In this document: one piece after another, positions 58,776-64,000 of the stretch
How the letters are laid out: each line of letters begins with the position of its first letter
Numbering within the stretch: position 1 is the stretch's first letter
DNA from: Spirochaetales bacterium
GTDB lineage: Bacteria > Spirochaetota > Spirochaetia > SZUA-6 > JAFGRV01
DNA length: 64,000 bases
Direction: 5' to 3'
Assembly: GCA_016935735.1 (NCBI GenBank)
Contig: JAFGQK010000300.1
Coordinates: forward strand, 3,437-67,436
Notes under the pieces: model-generated
The model's input: only the letters and a program-made list of their open reading frames with translations
What the model was told of the DNA's origin: nothing
The model's database searches: none
Position numbers and translations under genes: made by a program

Positions 58776-59996
58776 ATGATACGATTACTTATAAAAGCCT
58801 TCATTCCTTTCAGTATCATTTTTTTTATTACCGGATGCGCGTTCTTTCTTAATGAAGATGGATTTGATCCCCTGGAGCGTCCGACAGAGGACGGGTTGCC
58901 TGTTTTCTACATCCATCCTGCCCCGAAAAGCACTGATTATTGTCCGGCGACAGTCTATTATCGCGGAAAGAAATATAAAGCAGAAGCCAGGGTCCGGGGG
59001 TCAGTATCCCGGCATTTCCCGATGAAAAGTTATGCATTACGGTTTCCCGAAGATCAATTGTTCAATGATCCTGAATTCCAGTTTCATGATGAAAGAATAA
59101 TCGCCTTAACTACCTCTTTCAGTGACAATTCATTTATCCGCAACCGTCTTGCATTTGATCTTTGGAATCATATGGACAGTGCACATGTTCAGATAAAGAC
59201 CTATAATGCTGTCGTTTACCTGAATGCCTGTTACTGGGGACTTTATACGATCTGTGAACATGTTGATGATCTATTACTGGAAGAAAATGGTTTGAACCGG
59301 TATGGGAATCTTTACAAGGGAGTGACCCATGATGCAAATTTCTACTTAAAGGAAAATCTGCACGAGGGATTCTTGAAAACAGAAGGAAATCCTGAACATG
59401 GAGAAAATGGGGCATATACCGATCTGGATGAATTCATTAATTTTGTCTGCAAGACAGAGCCGGATGATTTTGTTGCCCGGCTTGGTTCGGTTCTGAAGCA
59501 ACAGGAATATGAAGACTGGTGGATGTATGTTGTTTTTATGATGACATTTGATTGCTGTAATAAAAACGCATATCATTATATTGATCCGGCAGGGGGGCTC
59601 TGGCGTTATATTCCCTGGGATTTTAATGATGCATTCGGGCAGCTCAGAACAAGGCGGCTTAATCCTTTTGATGATCCGGATTATACCAACCTTAATAACT
59701 TATTCAGGCGGTTTCTTGAACAGGAAGAAATTTTTTCGTCCATAAAGGCCAGGTATCTTGATATTCTTTCCCCCGGCAATGCATTTGATGATAACTGGAT
59801 AGTGTCAAAAATCGATGAATACGATGCAGAAATACATGACGCAGCAGTAAAAAGCGAAAAAAAATGGAGAAAAGAGTACAGGGATTATGGAACATGGAGT
59901 GACAGGGATGACTTTACCACCTATGAGGAAGAAATCCAGTATATGAAAAACTGGGTAATCGACCGTCATTCATTTCTGCTGGATAAGTATGACTGA
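58776..59996 (+). CDS. CotH-family kinase, lipoprotein
   Basis: Lipobox ITG-C; RVRG.VS..FPMKSY, YWGLY..CEHVD, KNAYHY, IPWDFNDAFG. Confidence 0.88.
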   Translation: MIRLLIKAFIPFSIIFFITGCAFFLNEDGFDPLERPTEDGLPVFYIHPAPKSTDYCPATVYYRGKKYKAEARVRGSVSRHFPMKSYALRFPEDQLFNDPEFQFHDERIIALTTSFSDNSFIRNRLAFDLWNHMDSAHVQIKTYNAVVYLNACYWGLYTICEHVDDLLLEENGLNRYGNLYKGVTHDANFYLKENLHEGFLKTEGNPEHGENGAYTDLDEFINFVCKTEPDDFVARLGSVLKQQEYEDWWMYVVFMMTFDCCNKNAYHYIDPAGGLWRYIPWDFNDAFGQLRTRRLNPFDDPDYTNLNNLFRRFLEQEEIFSSIKARYLDILSPGNAFDDNWIVSKIDEYDAEIHDAAVKSEKKWRKEYRDYGTWSDRDDFTTYEEEIQYMKNWVIDRHSFLLDKYD

Positions 59997-60015
59997 ACAG
60001 GTAATAGCGATACAA

Positions 60016-61161
60016 TCACGTAATAGTCTTCACACCCCTGCTGTATTTCATCTTATACGCATATACTGCAATAAATAAGGCACCAAAGGCAAGAAGCAGC
60101 AGGATGGTAAAACCGGACGAAGCAAGGGATGCCCCGTTCTGCAGATTTTGCAGTGCCCGCATGGTCCAGCTCTGGGGGAATACCCCGGCAGCATATTGCA
60201 GAAAATCGGGCATAAAACTTAAAGGCCAGAAACAGCCCCCAAGCATGGAGGTGGTGCTGATAATCACGTTGGAAAACAATGCTGATTGTATGGTGGATCC
60301 TGCAAAAGAAGTGATCATAATCCCGAAACCAATAGCGGTAATCGTAAATGCCAGTAAAAGTGGCAGTACTGTAAGTACGGAAACGCCGAGATTGATGTTT
60401 AACAGAAATACAATGATGAAAAGGGTAGTGATAATCTGGGCGCAAAGGATGATAAATGCCGCAAGCATATTACCAAGTGAATAGAAAATTTCCCGTACCG
60501 GTGCAACCTGTATCCGGTAGAATGTCCTGTTTTGTTTTTCTTTAAGCATAAGACCTGTTATGACAGATGCCTGCATCAGGATAATATACAGAAAAAAACC
60601 AAATCCTATTGAACCCGCCGTTTTACTGGTGCCGGTATCGTTAACCTCACGGATTTTAAGGGCAGTTTCGGTTGTTAAAAAATCTTTATACATTACTGTA
60701 AAAAGTCCGGAATCTGTCCCGGTTATCTCTTTGAGTTTTAAAACACTGTCAATAAAATAATTGATTTCATTCTGTATGAATCCGGCGGCCGCTTCACCTT
60801 TAAGTGAATAAAGATAAATTACAGGTTTGCGATCATTTTCCAGTTCATCAGAAAAATTTCCTGGGATAAGTAAAGACATAACGGTGTTTCCGTCGATGAT
60901 ACTGCTGTCCAGCCGGTCTTCGGGAACAGGGATAATCCTGTTCTTTTCTGTTTTTCCCAGATGGGCGATCAAATCTGCACCAATCCGGCCATTATCTTTA
61001 TTAATATAGCCGATTGAAAGACCCCCGGTCATTGCGGTTCCAAAAATTACTGTCATAAGTAAAAAGCTTGCGACTGGTGCTACGATAAAGAGAAGATAAT
61101 TTATCTTTTTTGAAAAGGTCAATTTCATGAAGTTGGACATGATAATGAAAAGTGTTCTCAT
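60016..61161 (-). CDS. ABC-2 exporter permease
   Basis: TM + extracytoplasmic domain + TMs; EKQNRTFYRI, MLGGCFWP...P.SW. Confidence 0.9.
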   Translation of the reverse strand: MRTLFIIMSNFMKLTFSKKINYLLFIVAPVASFLLMTVIFGTAMTGGLSIGYINKDNGRIGADLIAHLGKTEKNRIIPVPEDRLDSSIIDGNTVMSLLIPGNFSDELENDRKPVIYLYSLKGEAAAGFIQNEINYFIDSVLKLKEITGTDSGLFTVMYKDFLTTETALKIREVNDTGTSKTAGSIGFGFFLYIILMQASVITGLMLKEKQNRTFYRIQVAPVREIFYSLGNMLAAFIILCAQIITTLFIIVFLLNINLGVSVLTVLPLLLAFTITAIGFGIMITSFAGSTIQSALFSNVIISTTSMLGGCFWPLSFMPDFLQYAAGVFPQSWTMRALQNLQNGASLASSGFTILLLLAFGALFIAVYAYKMKYSRGVKTIT

Positions 61162-62279
61162 ATTGTTTTCCTCCTTACTGCCTTTATTGTGGATATACCC
61201 AGCAATACTATTCCCGGAACCAGGCAGAAAAGAAGTGCGGGGAAAAAATAATGATGACTGGTGCTGTAAATGATTTCATAAAGTGCCTTATTTACCCATG
61301 AAAGAGGGGAAAACCACGATAGAATTTTGAATAATCCCGTATCCGGCAGTTTCATATATCCGCCACCCAGAAAAATGAGACAGGGGATAAAACCATTTAA
61401 AATACCGGTGACAGCATTGATGTTATCCAATAAATGGGCGATTCCTACACCAAGGGACAGGGCAAAAATGCTTTCACAAAATAAAAGGGCAATAACTACA
61501 GGAACATTCTCACCAAAATAAATATTCAAAAGATACTTTTCGGTAAGTAAAAGAATCAGGAGTTGCAACATCAATATGATGATTGTTCCGAGACAAATAC
61601 CAAGAAGAAACTGTACTCTCGTTACCGGGGCAGTGTATATCCGGTTAAGTGTTTTGAGTGATTTTTCCTTGATGACGCCAAAAGAGCCAATAAACGAACC
61701 ATAAAGAATTGCCATGGTAAGTATGGTAATACCGAAATAATCAATTGCCCTCGGCTGCCGTGATGCGTTTAGTGATGAATGTGTAATAAAATCGGCTTCT
61801 TTGGAGGTGATAACAGATTCCAGGGCTTCCGGTTTATACCGGAACACCAGGTTATAAAAATCAAACCGGGCTAAAAAACCATTCAGTATTCCTTCGATAA
61901 TACCGGCCTGCACACCGCTGTTGTTATTCAAGACAAGTTCAAGACTCTTTTGTTTTTCATCAATAATGATAAAAGCCTGGTATTCTCTCTGCCTGGTCTT
62001 TTCTTCTCCTGCATGGATGCTTTCTGTTTCTTCACTGGTTACCTTAAAATCATCAAGTTGTTGGAGAAACATTTTAAATCCGGCATATAGATTTCCCTTT
62101 TCCTCACAATAATATCCGATCTTCATGTCTATGGTGACCTGTCCTTGAGAGAAAACACCCGATAAAGCAAGACCCAGGATCAAAATGAGAAAAACCGGGC
62201 TTACTATCAAAAGGCTAAGAGCAATAGGCCGTTTCAAATTCTGCTTAATATATTTCCAGGCAATACGTAGACTATTCAT
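61158..62279 (-). CDS. ABC-2 exporter permease
   Basis: EKSLKTLNRIYTAP, FLGGGY, SPLSW. Confidence 0.9.
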   Translation of the reverse strand: MNSLRIAWKYIKQNLKRPIALSLLIVSPVFLILILGLALSGVFSQGQVTIDMKIGYYCEEKGNLYAGFKMFLQQLDDFKVTSEETESIHAGEEKTRQREYQAFIIIDEKQKSLELVLNNNSGVQAGIIEGILNGFLARFDFYNLVFRYKPEALESVITSKEADFITHSSLNASRQPRAIDYFGITILTMAILYGSFIGSFGVIKEKSLKTLNRIYTAPVTRVQFLLGICLGTIIILMLQLLILLLTEKYLLNIYFGENVPVVIALLFCESIFALSLGVGIAHLLDNINAVTGILNGFIPCLIFLGGGYMKLPDTGLFKILSWFSPLSWVNKALYEIIYSTSHHYFFPALLFCLVPGIVLLGISTIKAVRRKTI

Positions 62280-62299
62280 AAATCAAAATCCTCCCTTCA

Positions 62300-63232
62300 T
62301 CAGTGGTCCCTTAGTTTTCTCCCGGTCAGGGTAAGAAATACCATTTCCAGGTTGGGAACATCCAGTTCCAGATTATTCACCGGTATTTCATTTCCAATAA
62401 AATAGGATATTATCTGAGTCAGGTTATTCACACCCCTGTCGTTGTCAATAAATACCTTGTTCCCGAGTGTTTCAACATGGAGAACTCCCTGAATACGGGA
62501 TAGTTTTTCAGTATCTACAGGATAATCTGTTTTCATGGAAACAATAAATCTGCTCTTGTCTTTTATTAAGGATTTGAGTTCTTCATTTGTACCTTCTGCA
62601 ATAATTTTCCCATGATCGATAATGGCGATTTTTGAACATATGGATTCAGCCTCTTCCATATAATGGGTTGTGTAAATTACCGTGCACCCCTGTTTATTCA
62701 GTTTTTTAACCGATTCGAGAATATGATTGCGGGATTGGGGGTCGATCCCTACCGTCGGCTCATCCATAAATATGATTTCAGGATTATGGGCAAGTCCGCA
62801 GGCAATATTCAAACGGCGCTTCATTCCACCGGAAAACGTCCGGGGATACTTTTTCGCTGCATCTTTCAGACCGGTAAATTCAAGCACATTCATAACAGAT
62901 TCCTTTAATTCCTGCCCCCGGACCCCGTAAAGGCTGGCAAAAAACTTTACATTATCATAGGCAGATAAATCCTCATAAATCGCCATGTCCTGCGGTATGA
63001 CCCCGATGATCTCTTTTATTTGATGGATGTTTTTTCGGATGTCATAATTCCCGATTGTCACTTTACCACCTGTCGGGGGCAGGAGTCCGCAGAGAATGTT
63101 GATGAGAGTGGTTTTCCCTGCACCGTTTGGCCCGAGTAAACCATAAATTGTCCCTTTTTCTATAAAAAGGGAAACATTATTGACTGCCGTCACGTCTGCA
63201 AATCTTTTTGAAAGTTCTTCTATACGGATCAT
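62300..63232 (-). CDS. ABC exporter ATP-binding protein
   Basis: GPNGAGKTT, FSGGMKRRLN, MDEPT, TTHYMEE. Confidence 0.95.
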   Translation of the reverse strand: MIRIEELSKRFADVTAVNNVSLFIEKGTIYGLLGPNGAGKTTLINILCGLLPPTGGKVTIGNYDIRKNIHQIKEIIGVIPQDMAIYEDLSAYDNVKFFASLYGVRGQELKESVMNVLEFTGLKDAAKKYPRTFSGGMKRRLNIACGLAHNPEIIFMDEPTVGIDPQSRNHILESVKKLNKQGCTVIYTTHYMEEAESICSKIAIIDHGKIIAEGTNEELKSLIKDKSRFIVSMKTDYPVDTEKLSRIQGVLHVETLGNKVFIDNDRGVNNLTQIISYFIGNEIPVNNLELDVPNLEMVFLTLTGRKLRDH

Positions 63233-63310
63233 AACTCATCCTCCCTCTTATTATTTCTGTATTCTACTCTAAATATAAAAGATAGTGAGAAGAGGTGAAA
63301 AGCGAGAAAA

Positions 63311-63339
63311 GTCATTTTCGGATATGACAAACGTCATAT
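63311..63339 (-). promoter_or_regulatory. Putative response-regulator binding site for the ABC operon
   Basis: Palindrome ATATGAC-AAAC-GTCATAT (63322-63339) plus an extra GTCAT half-site (63311-63315); TAGAAT -10 on the minus strand at 63261-63266. Confidence 0.65.
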
Positions 63340-63957
63340 TTTTCCGCGTTTTAAATAATAGACAGCGATCTGGGTCCTCTGTTTTAGCTTTAGCCTGGAA
63401 AGGATAGAGGAAATATAATTTTTAATGGTTCCTTCGGATAAAAAAAGATGTCCGGCGATTTCCCTGTTTGAATATCCTTCTGCTATAAGTTTTATGACTT
63501 CTATTTCCCTTTCAGAAAACTGCGATGTGTCGATTTTCGGTGATGCTGAACCGGATTGTATTTTATCAAACACCGAATCCTGAAAGACCGTACTTCCATT
63601 ATAAACAAGCTTTACCGTATCCTTTATTTCACGGGCAGTCTTCCCTTTTAAAAGGTATCCTCTTGCCCCGTTCTTTACTGCCCGGTAAATAAGTTCATCT
63701 TCATCAAAGGTTGTTAATATAATCGTTTTTGTACGGGAACCTTCGGTAATCTGTTTTACCGCTTCCACCCCATTCAAGACCGGCATCCGTATATCAATCA
63801 AAGCAACATCAACCCTGCCGGAAATACAAGCATCCACTGCCTGCTTTCCATCATTCACCGAGGCAACGACTTTGAAATCCTCGTCCCTGCCAAGAATAAT
63901 TTCAAGTCCTTCCCGGATAAGGGGATCATCATCTGCTATTAAAACCCGGATTGGCAT
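63334..63957 (-). CDS. NarL-family response regulator
   Basis: IADDDP, IDIRMP, LTTFD, GYLLK, SEREIEV..LFLSEGTIKNY. Confidence 0.95.
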   Translation of the reverse strand: MPIRVLIADDDPLIREGLEIILGRDEDFKVVASVNDGKQAVDACISGRVDVALIDIRMPVLNGVEAVKQITEGSRTKTIILTTFDEDELIYRAVKNGARGYLLKGKTAREIKDTVKLVYNGSTVFQDSVFDKIQSGSASPKIDTSQFSEREIEVIKLIAEGYSNREIAGHLFLSEGTIKNYISSILSRLKLKQRTQIAVYYLKRGKI

Positions 63958-64000
63958 GTTCGTCTCCTTTTTTAAAAAGCATGATCATGGCAAAGCCATC
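63929..64000 (-). CDS. Probable C-terminal tail of the cognate sensor kinase (truncated by window end)
   Basis: Open frame DGFAMIMLFKKGDEHANPGFNSR* overlapping the regulator start. Confidence 0.5.
   Translation of the reverse strand, partial: DGFAMIMLFKKGDEHANPGFNSR

Overview
AT-rich chromosomal window, most likely from a free-living spirochaete (P83/100-family protein; mltG-dnaG-rpoD-zinc ribbon-rnpB-TPR-mreBCD-mrdA-rodA gene order). It has three zones. (1) 1-6.8 kb: housekeeping and regulatory genes ending in tRNA-Thr(TGT). (2) 6.8-23.6 kb: a ~16.8-kb accessory island between tRNA-Thr and tRNA-Tyr, closed by a short duplication of the tRNA-Thr 3' end. It carries an unusual lipid-type biosynthetic cluster (two GT2 paralogues, a U32-family protein, two enoyl-CoA hydratases, a DarB-like KAS III with altered catalytic residues, a 3-hydroxyacyl-CoA dehydrogenase, FabF, ACP, an atypical FabD, two radical SAM enzymes, a methyltransferase, a sulfotransferase) and two families of palindromic intergenic repeats. 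(3) 23.6-40.7 kb core genes, then an accessory patchwork: a candidate peptide/protein-modification locus (107-aa ORF + rSAM/SPASM + CARDB lipoprotein), orphan pbpC, LacI-GGDEF, CASTOR/POLLUX channel, rubredoxin-SOR, porin-CotH and an ABC-2 exporter with a two-component system. Two copies of a 126-bp IS200/IS605-like miniature element both sit next to TTCAT. All calls come from motif recognition by eye; no searches or folding programs were run.
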